This document shows, in pieces, positions 31,365 to 40,944 of a stretch of DNA of 58,002 bases; the stretch's first letter is position 1, and each line of letters begins with the position of its first letter. The stretch is taken from the NCBI GenBank assembly GCA_045653105.1, contig JAZOLL010000060.1, positions 1-58,002 on the forward strand, given 5' to 3'. Source of the stretch: Eubacteriales bacterium. Lineage in GTDB: Bacteria; Bacillota; Clostridia; Oscillospirales; CAG-272. The notes beneath the pieces were generated by a model. The model was given only the letters and a program-made list of their open reading frames with translations. It did no database searches and was not told the origin of the DNA. The translations under genes were made by a program, and so were the position numbers.

Positions 31365-31458
31365 GTTTGTTTTTTTCTGTGGAGGTGATTTGATATGGTA
31401 AGTGAATGATCAATCTTACCACAAAACTTTAATATAATTTAATAACGGGAGGATAATT

Positions 31459-32765
31459 ATGAAGAACAGTTCTACCATTAAAAAGCTTTATGCTTTCTTT
31501 TGATAGCTTTGCTCATAATTCCAAACGTATCCTTTCCCACGGCATCATTAAGCGAATCTGACGGCTCTGAAGAACAGCCTGCAAAGCTTAATGAAACGGT
31601 TGTTGATACTACTACGGATTTTATAGATTCAAGCACAGCTTTAGGAGAAAGTGCTTTCAGCTCTGTCGGAATTAACAACGGAGATTATTATATAATAAAC
31701 GTGATTTCCGAAAAATTTTTAGAAAACCCCGGCGATTTTACAGTGTCTGTATCATCGCTTTCAACCCAAGCGGATATTTCTTGGACATTTGAAGATCTTG
31801 GATATGGAGATTATTGCATCAAAGATCCCCTGAATAATAATCTTGCTTTGTTTGCTATAGGCGACGAGGTGGAATTAGGTAATGCAGGCAGCGCTCCGTC
31901 TCCATATTATCGTTGGAACATACTGTCAGCGGAAAATGGTGAATTTATAATAAAAAACAAGGGCTCTGAGAGCGTATTAAGATTTGACGGAGGCAGTATA
32001 ATTTTAGATGAGGACCCTAACCCGAGCGATGATGATTATGCTCAACACACTTGGGCGATTTTTGAAGACGATACGTATATAACCTTTATAGATCATCTAT
32101 ATGATCAAGGGTATAGCGTTAGATTTGCTGTCATGGACACGGACACAGAAAGATTAATAAGAAACTACCACTATGAAGCGGCTCAAAGACTTTTTAGCTT
32201 TTTCAATGTAGCAACCTTAGCTATATATAACCCGTGTACCTCTATAGCAGATGAATGCAAGCTTCAAACAGACGGTGCGCTAACACCAAATAGTTGCGAC
32301 AACCCTTGCCTTCATTTAAACCAACAGCATATTGTTAGAGATCGACTGGTAATATATAACTTGTTTGTTGGTACAGATATTTCAGGCTCGGCTCTTTGGA
32401 CAGGACATGTGTTGAAAAATGATGAACCTTCAGCCTTTTATGGGGGGTGGAATGCCATAATTATCTCCCCTTGTGTAACGTCTAGATATCATCCGGAAAC
32501 GGAAGCAGAAATTATTGCTATACAGACCATTTATAGCTTAACACATGAACTTTCCCATCAAATTGGCGCTCCCGACCATTATTGTTATGGAGCAACAGAA
32601 ACGGAGAATTGTGTTAACGAGAATTGTGATACTTGCAGAAAAGGTTTTATGGAGACAAGAATATGTCTCATGGGAAAACGAAACACTAGTCTTATTTACT
32701 CTGAAGAAATGTACTGCGATGATTGCATCGATACAATAAATGATCACTTAGAAGATCATCACTAA
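31459..32765 (+). CDS. Secreted protein with ricin-B-like N-domain and Cys-rich zinc metallopeptidase-like C-domain; frameshifted in the signal peptide as assembled
   Basis: GGAGG RBS and ATG at 31459 are out of frame with ORF 31500..32765 by one base at an A5 run (31480-31484); HELSHQIGAPDH motif; GDYYIIN/GDYCIK/GEFIIKN beta-trefoil-like repeats. Confidence 0.65.
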
Positions 32766-32782
32766 TTTAAGGAGGGACCACT

Positions 32783-33487
32783 GTGAAAAAATTTTTAGCC
32801 TTATTTCTTGCAATAATAATTGCGATAACGCTCGTATCCTGTCTTGACCAAAAGGACACACCAACACCCGCGCCCGGCGGAGAAAATGGTTCCACCACCA
32901 CTACTACCCAAAAAGACTATACACCTAAAAAGCTTGAGGGTTTCTCTTCCGGCGGTTCCGGAGAGCCTCCGATAACGATTTCTTTTGACTCAATACAAGA
33001 GGTTCAGGATTTCATAAAAGCGGCAAACGGAACAGAGGAAGAGTTTGAAAAATATCGTGACAGCAAAGAGGATCTTTATTATTACGTTAGAAGTCAGAAA
33101 GTTGCGCAGGCAATGGCTCACAATATGGATATAATCGACTTGCCTTTAATGCCATCAAAAACACCCGACGAAACATTTCGCATGGAATATTGTTTGAGTT
33201 ACAACACTTTCGAGGTGATTTACGGAGACGGGGTCTATTTTAAATATCGTTTTATATATTTCTATAACAAAAATACACTTCCGTTGATAGAAGACCAGCC
33301 GATCAAAGAAAATGTAACGATTGGCCCATATTCCCTTGACTTATATGAAGAAACAGGTACTAACGGCAGATTGGTTGGATGTTACCTTGACAAATCTGTG
33401 TGTGTTTCTGTAAGAATCAATACGGTTCAATTTGGGGATCTGCCTCTTGACATATTCAATATGGCGCCCATAGAAAGCGTAAAATAA
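32783..33487 (+). CDS. Hypothetical lipoprotein
   Basis: AAGGAGG RBS, GTG start, MKK...LVSC lipobox, Pro/Thr linker. Confidence 0.8.
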   Translation: MKKFLALFLAIIIAITLVSCLDQKDTPTPAPGGENGSTTTTTQKDYTPKKLEGFSSGGSGEPPITISFDSIQEVQDFIKAANGTEEEFEKYRDSKEDLYYYVRSQKVAQAMAHNMDIIDLPLMPSKTPDETFRMEYCLSYNTFEVIYGDGVYFKYRFIYFYNKNTLPLIEDQPIKENVTIGPYSLDLYEETGTNGRLVGCYLDKSVCVSVRINTVQFGDLPLDIFNMAPIESVK

Positions 33488-33527
33488 GCGCTTTTATCAC
33501 GCAAAATAAAGTTTAACGACAAATAGC

Positions 33528-33567
33528 TACCCCCCTCTCTCAAAATCGAGAGAGGGGGGTATTTTTT
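33528..33567. terminator. Terminator between convergent genes
   Basis: TACCCCCCTCTCTC-aaaatc-GAGAGAGGGGGGTA-TTTTTT. Confidence 0.75.
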
Positions 33568-33581
33568 ACTTTTTGAATTTT

Positions 33582-35825
33582 TTATATCTTCGCTTTTTTG
33601 AGCCTTATCGAATTGAGCACCACGCAGATCGAGGACACGCTCATCGCCGCCGATGCGATCATCGGGGAGATAGCGATGCCGAGGAAAACAAACGCGCCTG
33701 CCGCTATCGGGATACATATCGCGTTGTATATCAGCGCCCAGAAAAGGTTTTGCTTTATGGTACGCATCGTTGCCTTTGAGAGCTTTATTGCCTTTACGGC
33801 ATCTCCAAGGCTGTTTTTTGAGAGAACTATATCCGCGCTGTCTATAGCCACCTCAGTTCCCGCGCCTATTGCTATTCCTATATCAGCTGACGCGAGCGCG
33901 GGCGCGTCGTTTATGCCGTCTCCCGCCATCGCGCAAACGCCCTTTGACTTGTGATCTTTTATTATCCTTTCCTTGTCCTCAGGAAGAAGAGCTGCATATA
34001 TCTCGTCTATGCCGCAGGCATCGCCCACCGCCTCTGCCACCCTTTGGTTGTCTCCTGTGAGCATTACCGCGGATATTCCCATCTCGTGAAGCTCGCGTAT
34101 CGCGTCCTTTGAGTCCGCGCGCGGAGAGTCGGCAATTCCTATCACACCGAGAGTTTTGTTGCCGAGCGCTATCGAGACCGCAGTTTTTCCCTCTTTTTCG
34201 AGTTTTTCTGTATTTGAGCGGATAAAGTCACAGCCCGCGTCGGAAAATCCCTCAGAGAGCAAAAATTCGGGTCGTCCGAGGGCTACTATACCCGCGTCGG
34301 TATCCGCAATTATTCCCCTGCCCGAGACCGAGCGGAAATTCTTTGCTTCCATAGGCTTTATTTCCCTGCCCTCTGCAAAGGAGCAGACTGCGTGAGCGAG
34401 CGGGTGTGCGGACATTATCTCCGCGGTGTAAGCCGCGCGTATAAGCTCCGCCTCGCTGACATCTTCTGTACAGACCACGTCTGTCACAGTAGGCTTTCCC
34501 TCTGTGAGTGTGCCTGTTTTGTCTGTCATAAAGTATTTTACCGAGCTGAGCACCTCAAGTGCTTCTGCGCTCTTTATGAGTATTCCGTGCTCAACTCCGA
34601 GCCCCGTTCCTACCATAATCGCGGTTGGAGTTGCCAGACCGAGCGCACAGGGACAGGAAATTACGAGTACAGAGAGCGCGTATCTGACTGCAATCTCACC
34701 CTCGCCAAGCAGCGCCCAAACAAGCGCGGTTACGATAGATATGAGCATTACCGCGGGCACGAATATCGAGCTTATCCTGTCGGCAACTCTGGCGATCGGC
34801 GCTTTTGATGCCGCCGCGTCCTCAAGCAGCGCGATTATCTTGGCGTGCGCGGTGTCAGAGCCGACCTTTTCAACTTCCGCTATGACATAGCCCGAGAGGA
34901 GCGTACAAGCGGCGCTTATCATATCTCCCGACTGTCTCTCTACAGGGATACTCTCGCCTGTGAGCATAGACTCATCTACCGAGCAAGTACCCTCTGTTAT
35001 CTTTGCGTCCGCGGGGATTATCTCGCCCGCCCTTATCGCTATTCTGTCACCGACCGAGATCTCGGATATAGACACCTTTTCGGGATTTCCGTCTATTATT
35101 TTAGTGACGGTGTCGGGGAGCATGCGCGAGAGCTTGCCTATCGCGTCAGCTGCGGAGTCCTTTGCCCTGCTCTCAAGCGTTTTGCCGAGAGAGACCAGGG
35201 TAAGTATCATCGCGGCAGACTCAAAATAAAGGCTGTGCGCGTAGGTGTGGAGCGTGTGCGCGTCTCCATTGGCGCTTGATATAAATATCATCACGGTCGC
35301 GAAAATTCCGTATATAAATGACGCGGCAGAGCCGAGGGCTATGAGTGAGTCCATATTAGGAGCTCGGCGCATGAGCGCTGATGCTCCGTTTTTAAAGAAC
35401 TTTCGGTTGAGTATCATCACGGGGAGCGTCAGTGCTATCTGAAGCGCGGAAATTATCCTCGCGTCCGCGGGGAGTGGGAGCGAGAGCATATGCCCCATCG
35501 AGACGTACATAAGGACAAGCGTTATGATTATAGACGCGATGAGCGTGCGCAGACTTTTTTTGTAGTCCTCGCGGCTTGCCCTTGACCCACCCTCTTTTTC
35601 ATCGCGCGACTTTTTGAGGGTGTAGCCCGCCGTCTTGAGGGCTTTTTTAAGCTCTGTAAAGAGCGCGTCCTCGTCGGTGTCGTCAGCAACCGTAACGATT
35701 GCGGAATTTGTGAGCAGACTGACTACGACAGAACCCTCTCCGCATATTTTTGTTATCGTTCTCTCAACGTGGCCTACGCATACCGCACAGCCCATGCCGA
35801 GCACAGTGTATCTTATCTTTTTCAT
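33582..35825 (-). CDS. copA: Copper-translocating P1B-type ATPase
   Basis: GMGCAVC HMA domain, TGES, CPCALGLATP, DKTGTLT, GDGINDAP, YN and MSVSS motifs. Confidence 0.9.
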   Translation of the reverse strand: MKKIRYTVLGMGCAVCVGHVERTITKICGEGSVVVSLLTNSAIVTVADDTDEDALFTELKKALKTAGYTLKKSRDEKEGGSRASREDYKKSLRTLIASIIITLVLMYVSMGHMLSLPLPADARIISALQIALTLPVMILNRKFFKNGASALMRRAPNMDSLIALGSAASFIYGIFATVMIFISSANGDAHTLHTYAHSLYFESAAMILTLVSLGKTLESRAKDSAADAIGKLSRMLPDTVTKIIDGNPEKVSISEISVGDRIAIRAGEIIPADAKITEGTCSVDESMLTGESIPVERQSGDMISAACTLLSGYVIAEVEKVGSDTAHAKIIALLEDAAASKAPIARVADRISSIFVPAVMLISIVTALVWALLGEGEIAVRYALSVLVISCPCALGLATPTAIMVGTGLGVEHGILIKSAEALEVLSSVKYFMTDKTGTLTEGKPTVTDVVCTEDVSEAELIRAAYTAEIMSAHPLAHAVCSFAEGREIKPMEAKNFRSVSGRGIIADTDAGIVALGRPEFLLSEGFSDAGCDFIRSNTEKLEKEGKTAVSIALGNKTLGVIGIADSPRADSKDAIRELHEMGISAVMLTGDNQRVAEAVGDACGIDEIYAALLPEDKERIIKDHKSKGVCAMAGDGINDAPALASADIGIAIGAGTEVAIDSADIVLSKNSLGDAVKAIKLSKATMRTIKQNLFWALIYNAICIPIAAGAFVFLGIAISPMIASAAMSVSSICVVLNSIRLKKAKI

Positions 35826-35930
35826 TTTTTGTCTCCTTTAAGAGCGCAAATTTGAGTTATCCACATATATTTTACCATGACACAAGATAAAAAACAAGAA
35901 AAAAGATAAGAAAAAGAAATATACTCTTTC

Positions 35931-36100
35931 TGCGGGGTCTCCCCCTGCACTCTACCGCATTTTGAAAAAGGCGGTCGAAAACTTTAACCTACATACGTCA
36001 CCTTAAATCACCGCCCCCATACTAAAAGTTTTTTGAAAAGTGGGGGGAGCCAGGGGGGGGAGGAAAACTTTTTTCTAAAAAAGTATTCCTCCCCCCTCGC
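35931..36100. repeat. Inverted doublet of family B/C palindromes
   Basis: CCGCATTTTGAAAAAGGCGGTCGAAAACTTT...AAAGTTTT...GAAAACTTTTTTCTAAAAAAGT. Confidence 0.7.
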
Positions 36101-36120
36101 ATATAACACTTAATTACTAA

Positions 36121-38211
36121 TCACACACAGAACATAAGTTCGCCGTATGTGGGAAGCGGCCAATATTCGGTTGCGGTCATAGTTTCGAGAGTGTCTATCT
36201 CAACTCTGAGCTCTGCCATAGCGGGAAGAACACGAGTTTCGTAAACCTCTGCCTTTGCCTCGTAGTCCTGCTGCGAGGTTGCAAGCTTTTCAGCGCTCTT
36301 CAGCGACTCAAGCTTTTCATAAGCGCGCGCGTTGGTAGCGGAGAGCTTCATAATAAGGTCGCGCTCAACGTCGCAGTTAGCCTCGGAAATAGCGGCAAGC
36401 TTTGCCATAAGTCCATTCGAGAGCGTTCCTATGTAAGAGGTTACCGCGGGAATGATATCTCTGCTTACCATTTCTATCATGGTAAGAGCCTCGATGTTCA
36501 CTATCTTCGCGTAGTTCTCGAAAAGGATATCCTTTCTCGACGCTATCTCTGTCGCGCTCATTACGCCGTGATCAGCAAAGAGCTTGATGTTCTTTTCGTC
36601 GTCATAGCGCTTGAACGCGGATACGGAAGTTCTGAGATTCAGAAGTCCGCGGCGCTCTGCCTCGTGCTCCCACTCAAGAGAGTATCCGTTTCCGTCAAAT
36701 ATGATCCTGCGGTGCTGAGCAAAGGTCTTCTTGAGAAGCTCAGCTATTGCCGCGTCAAGATCCTCTGCACCCTCAAGCTCGTCGGCAAACTGCCTGAAGC
36801 TCTCGGCAACGGCGGTGTTGAGGACTATGTTCGGCATTGCGATGTTCTGCGACGAGCCGAGCATACGGAACTCAAACTTGTTGCCCGTAAACGCGAAGGG
36901 AGAGGTTCTGTTTCTGTCGGTGGTGTCCTTGCGGAAGGTGGGAACAGAGGGGATACCAAAGTCCATAATGTCCGCCTTCTTGCCCTCGTAGCTCTCGCCG
37001 CTAACGATAGCGTCGATGATAGCGCCTATCTCTTCTCCGAGGAATACCGAGATTATAGCGGGGGGCGCCTCGTTAGAGCCGAGACGGTGATCGTTGCCCG
37101 CGAAAGCGACGGAAAGTCGCATAAGATCCTGATAGTCGTCAACCGCCTTGAGGATAGCCGCAAGAGTGATAAGGAACTTTCTGTTCTCTGCGGGGGTCTT
37201 GCCGGGATCGAGCAGATTTCTGCCGCCGTCGCTGTTTATAGACCAGTTGTTGTGCTTGCCCGAGCCGTTTACACCCGCATAGGGCTTTTCGTGGAGCAGA
37301 CACACAAGTCCGTGCTTCTCCGCTGTTCTCTTCATGTACTCCATCGTGAGGAGGTTGTGATCTACCGCCATGTTGGTGGTAGAGTAGATGGGCGCGAGCT
37401 CATGCTGAGCGGGAGCCGCCTCGTTGTGCTTTGTTTTGGAGTTTATGCCGAGTGTCCAGAGAGTTTCGTCAAGCTCCTGCATAAACGCGCTGACACGCGA
37501 GTTGATAGGACCGAAGTAGTGGTCCTCCATCTCCTGTCCTTTGGGCGCTGGCGCGCCAACGAGCGTTCTGCCCGTGTATATGAGGTCGCGGCGCTTGTCG
37601 TAGAGCTCCTTGTCGACAAGGAAGTACTCCTGCTCTGCGCCTACTGTGGTTGTCAAGCGCTTTGATGTGGTGTCTCCGAGGATTCGGAGCAAACGGAGTC
37701 CCGCGTCGCTTATCGCGTCCATAGAACGGAGCAAGGGCGTCTTTGTATCGAGCGCCTCTCCCGTGTAGGAGCAGAATGCGGTGGGGATATAAAGAGTTCC
37801 GTCCTTGACGAAGGCATAGGAAGCGGGATCCCACGCGGTGTAGCCTCTCGCCTCGAAGGTGGCGCGAAGTCCGCCGGAGGGGAAAGAGGACGCGTCGGAC
37901 TCACCCTTGATGAGCCCCTTGCCCGAGAACTCCATTACAACTCTGCAGTTGCCGACAGGCTTGATAAAAGCGTCGTGCTTTTCGGCGGTAACGCCCGTGA
38001 GGGGCTGGAACCAGTGAGTGTAATGAGTTGCTCCCTTTTCTATTGCCCAGTCCTTCATTGCGGAAGCGACAACGCCCGCAATAGACGCATCGATCGTTTT
38101 GCCTGTGGCAATCGTTTTTGTAAGTGATTCGTAAACGTCTTCGGGGAGACGCTCTTTCATAACGTCGTCGTTAAAAACTGCGCTGCCGAAGATCTCGGAA
38201 ATACTGACCAT
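36121..38211 (-). CDS. Glutamine synthetase type III
   Basis: HYTHWFQPLTG, DASSFPSGGLRATFEARGYT, NGSGKHNNWS and RNRTSPFAFTGNKFEFR motifs. Confidence 0.95.
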   Translation of the reverse strand: MVSISEIFGSAVFNDDVMKERLPEDVYESLTKTIATGKTIDASIAGVVASAMKDWAIEKGATHYTHWFQPLTGVTAEKHDAFIKPVGNCRVVMEFSGKGLIKGESDASSFPSGGLRATFEARGYTAWDPASYAFVKDGTLYIPTAFCSYTGEALDTKTPLLRSMDAISDAGLRLLRILGDTTSKRLTTTVGAEQEYFLVDKELYDKRRDLIYTGRTLVGAPAPKGQEMEDHYFGPINSRVSAFMQELDETLWTLGINSKTKHNEAAPAQHELAPIYSTTNMAVDHNLLTMEYMKRTAEKHGLVCLLHEKPYAGVNGSGKHNNWSINSDGGRNLLDPGKTPAENRKFLITLAAILKAVDDYQDLMRLSVAFAGNDHRLGSNEAPPAIISVFLGEEIGAIIDAIVSGESYEGKKADIMDFGIPSVPTFRKDTTDRNRTSPFAFTGNKFEFRMLGSSQNIAMPNIVLNTAVAESFRQFADELEGAEDLDAAIAELLKKTFAQHRRIIFDGNGYSLEWEHEAERRGLLNLRTSVSAFKRYDDEKNIKLFADHGVMSATEIASRKDILFENYAKIVNIEALTMIEMVSRDIIPAVTSYIGTLSNGLMAKLAAISEANCDVERDLIMKLSATNARAYEKLESLKSAEKLATSQQDYEAKAEVYETRVLPAMAELRVEIDTLETMTATEYWPLPTYGELMFCV

Positions 38212-38284
38212 TTTTGTATTCCTTTCTTTTTCTATGTTCTATAACGGTGTAGAAAGCGGTGTGAAGGTGAAAAACGCTTTAATT

Positions 38285-38524
38285 GTTTGCCGCTTTTTCT
38301 TTTGGGCGAAGAGGCGCAAAAGAAAAAGCTTACAAAAAGAAACACGCCGTTTTGCGGGGCGTTGCCCCTGCACCCTACGACTTTTTGAAAAAAGTCGACA
38401 AAAACTTCCTTGCAGGGGGCATGCTTTGATCAAGACTTGTCCCATAGTTGAAAGTTTTTGAAAGAGGTGGGGGTGCAGGGGGAGGGCGAAAACTTTTTCC
38501 AAAAAGTTTTCCACTCCCCCTGCA
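38285..38524. repeat. Family B full copy plus inverted family C palindrome
   Basis: Matches 20904 and 27624; the second unit matches 23745-23818. Confidence 0.85.
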
Positions 38525-38540
38525 AAAAACACCCTAATCC

Positions 38541-39611
38541 TTAATACGTCGCGCTGTCGAGCATCCAGACGCCGTCCTGCTTTATCATGGACAGCTTGAC
38601 CTTGACGCGCACGTCTGGTTGTCCTTCAAGGTAGCTCTCTACCTGAATATTTACAAAATCGCGGCGGCGAGGTCTGACTATCCTTGCGGTGGACAGGTCG
38701 TATATTCTCTTGCCGGGGATAAGCGACTCGTAATCGTCAGAGGACATGAGCCAGACCTTGCCGTCTGCGTCCTCGTAGTTATAATATCTCGCTCCGCGAA
38801 TGCCGCTCGCATCGTCAGAGATCGCAGCACCCGTAAAGAGCATCTCGTAAACACCCTCAAGATATCCCTTTGAGTAAACGCCTTCCGCGTAAAGCTTTAT
38901 CGCCTCGGCGCTCCAGTAGGGAGAGTCAAGTCGCACGTAGCTGTAGCCGTCGGGATCGCTCTCGCGGTAGTACATCTCGTAGGTAGGCTCGGTGTATTCT
39001 ATCTCGTAATAGAAATATCCGTCAGCGGTGTAGGTCGGCTCACTTCCCTCTTTCTCCTCTGTGGAGCGAACGAGGTACTGTCTGCCCTGCGTGTTGGTAT
39101 AGCGGTATATATCCTTGCCGAGCTCTGAGTCGTGGAACATATAAAAATAGTATTTTTTGCCGGACTCGCTGTCCTCAAAAGGACCTTTTACCTCATCATT
39201 GATATTTTCGGGCTCTGTATATTCTATCTCATAGAAATATCTGCCCTCGGTATCGAGGAGCCAATACTCCTCTCCTGCTCTCTCGGTCGTCTCGAGCAGG
39301 AAATAGTGATACTCGGTGGTACGGAGAACGAATATCTCGCCCAGAGTCTCGTCCGCGAGCGTGTAGTAATAATACACCTCCTCGCCGACTCTGTGCGGTA
39401 TGAATTTGTTCTCATACACCTTTTCATACACCGCGGGACCTGCGCCGAAAAGTATCTCGTTTACACCGTAGGATGCCTCGATAAGCTCGGCAAGTCTGCC
39501 CTCTATCTCCTCAAGGCTTGGCGCCTGCGAGCAGGATCTTATACCGAGAAAGGAGAGAAGCGCGATTATGACGGCGAGCGCCGCCACAAATACTTTTTTC
39601 AGCTTGTTCAT
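38541..39611 (-). CDS. Hypothetical membrane-anchored protein with internal duplication
   Basis: N-terminal hydrophobic segment; YEIEYTEP occurs twice; 25 nt downstream of serS. Confidence 0.75.
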   Translation of the reverse strand: MNKLKKVFVAALAVIIALLSFLGIRSCSQAPSLEEIEGRLAELIEASYGVNEILFGAGPAVYEKVYENKFIPHRVGEEVYYYYTLADETLGEIFVLRTTEYHYFLLETTERAGEEYWLLDTEGRYFYEIEYTEPENINDEVKGPFEDSESGKKYYFYMFHDSELGKDIYRYTNTQGRQYLVRSTEEKEGSEPTYTADGYFYYEIEYTEPTYEMYYRESDPDGYSYVRLDSPYWSAEAIKLYAEGVYSKGYLEGVYEMLFTGAAISDDASGIRGARYYNYEDADGKVWLMSSDDYESLIPGKRIYDLSTARIVRPRRRDFVNIQVESYLEGQPDVRVKVKLSMIKQDGVWMLDSATY

Positions 39612-39636
39612 TCGGTTGCCCTTCCCTTTTGGCGGC

Positions 39637-40914
39637 TTACTTTATAACGTCAAAGCCAAGGTACTTTCTGAGAACCTCGGGAACTACGACAGAGCCGTCT
39701 GCCTGCTGGTTCTGCTCAACGAGCGCGGGAAGGATTCGGCTGGTCGCGAGACCCGAGCCGTTGAGTGTGTGGAGATACTCGATCTTGCCGTTATCTCTCT
39801 TTACTCTCATCATGCCGCGGCGAGCCTGATAATCTCTAGCGTTGGATACAGAGGATACCTCCTTGTAGCCGTCCATCGAGGGGATGTTGATCTCGATGTC
39901 GTAGGTTCTCGCCATAGATGCCGAGCAGTCCTCTGCCGCGAGCTTAACTGTTCTGAAGTGGAAGCCGAGACCCTTTACGAGCTGCTCCGCGCAGCCTACG
40001 AGCTCCTCAAACGCCTCGTCGCTCTTCTCGGGGAGCGTGTACTGTACCATTTCAACCTTGTTGAACTGATGTCCGCGCACCATTCCGCGCTCGTCAGCTC
40101 TGTAGCTTCCTGCCTCACGTCTGAAGCAAGGTGTGTAGCTTATATATTTCTTCGGGAGATCTGCCTCTGTGAGGATCTCGTCTCTGTGGAGAGATACGAG
40201 AGCGGTCTCCGCTGTGGGAAGCATAAAGCGGCGTCTTTCATCCTCTGCGGTCTCGAGCCAGTAAACGTCGTCAGCAAACTTCGGGAACTGTCCCGCGGTG
40301 AGTCCGCACTCGTAGCCGAGCATGTGAGGAACGAGCATAAGCTCAAAGCCGTTAGCGATATGTGTATCGATAAAGTAGTTGAGAAGCGCCCACTCAAGAC
40401 GAGCACCCACTCCGCTGTATATCCAGAATCCTGCGCCGGAGAGCTTTGCGCCGCGCTTGTAGTCGATAAGACCGAGGTCTGTGCAAAGATCTACGTGGTT
40501 CTTGGGCTCAAAGTCAAACTGCTTCGGTTCTCCGAAGTATCGGAGAGGCTGGTTGTTTTCCTTGCCGCCAGCGAGAAGGTCTGTATCCGGAAGATTGGGA
40601 AGACCGAGCATGAGAGTGTTGAACTTTGTCTCAACCTCCTTGAGCTTTTCCTCCGCAGCCTTTACCTCTGCGCCCATCTCCTTCATCTTTGCAAAGATCT
40701 CCGCGAGGTCGCGGCCCTCCTTTTTGTACTGAGGAATGAGCTTGTTTACTTTGTTCTGCTCTGCCTTTATTGTTTCGCTGGAGGAAATGAGAGCTCTTCT
40801 CTCTGCGTCAAGCGCGAGAATTTCTGCGATCTCCTCTTTTGCGTCCTTGCCCTTTTTCGCGAGTCTTTCAATGACCTCGTCGGGGTTTTCCTTTATATAT
40901 CTGATATCAAGCAT
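39637..40914 (-). CDS. serS: Serine--tRNA ligase
   Basis: MLDIRYI, PTAE, CFRREAG, HQFNKVE, EVSSVSN and HTLNGSGLA motifs. Confidence 0.98.
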   Translation of the reverse strand: MLDIRYIKENPDEVIERLAKKGKDAKEEIAEILALDAERRALISSSETIKAEQNKVNKLIPQYKKEGRDLAEIFAKMKEMGAEVKAAEEKLKEVETKFNTLMLGLPNLPDTDLLAGGKENNQPLRYFGEPKQFDFEPKNHVDLCTDLGLIDYKRGAKLSGAGFWIYSGVGARLEWALLNYFIDTHIANGFELMLVPHMLGYECGLTAGQFPKFADDVYWLETAEDERRRFMLPTAETALVSLHRDEILTEADLPKKYISYTPCFRREAGSYRADERGMVRGHQFNKVEMVQYTLPEKSDEAFEELVGCAEQLVKGLGFHFRTVKLAAEDCSASMARTYDIEINIPSMDGYKEVSSVSNARDYQARRGMMRVKRDNGKIEYLHTLNGSGLATSRILPALVEQNQQADGSVVVPEVLRKYLGFDVIK

Positions 40915-40944
40915 TTTTCTGTTCCTTTCTCTTGGTTGCCAAAT

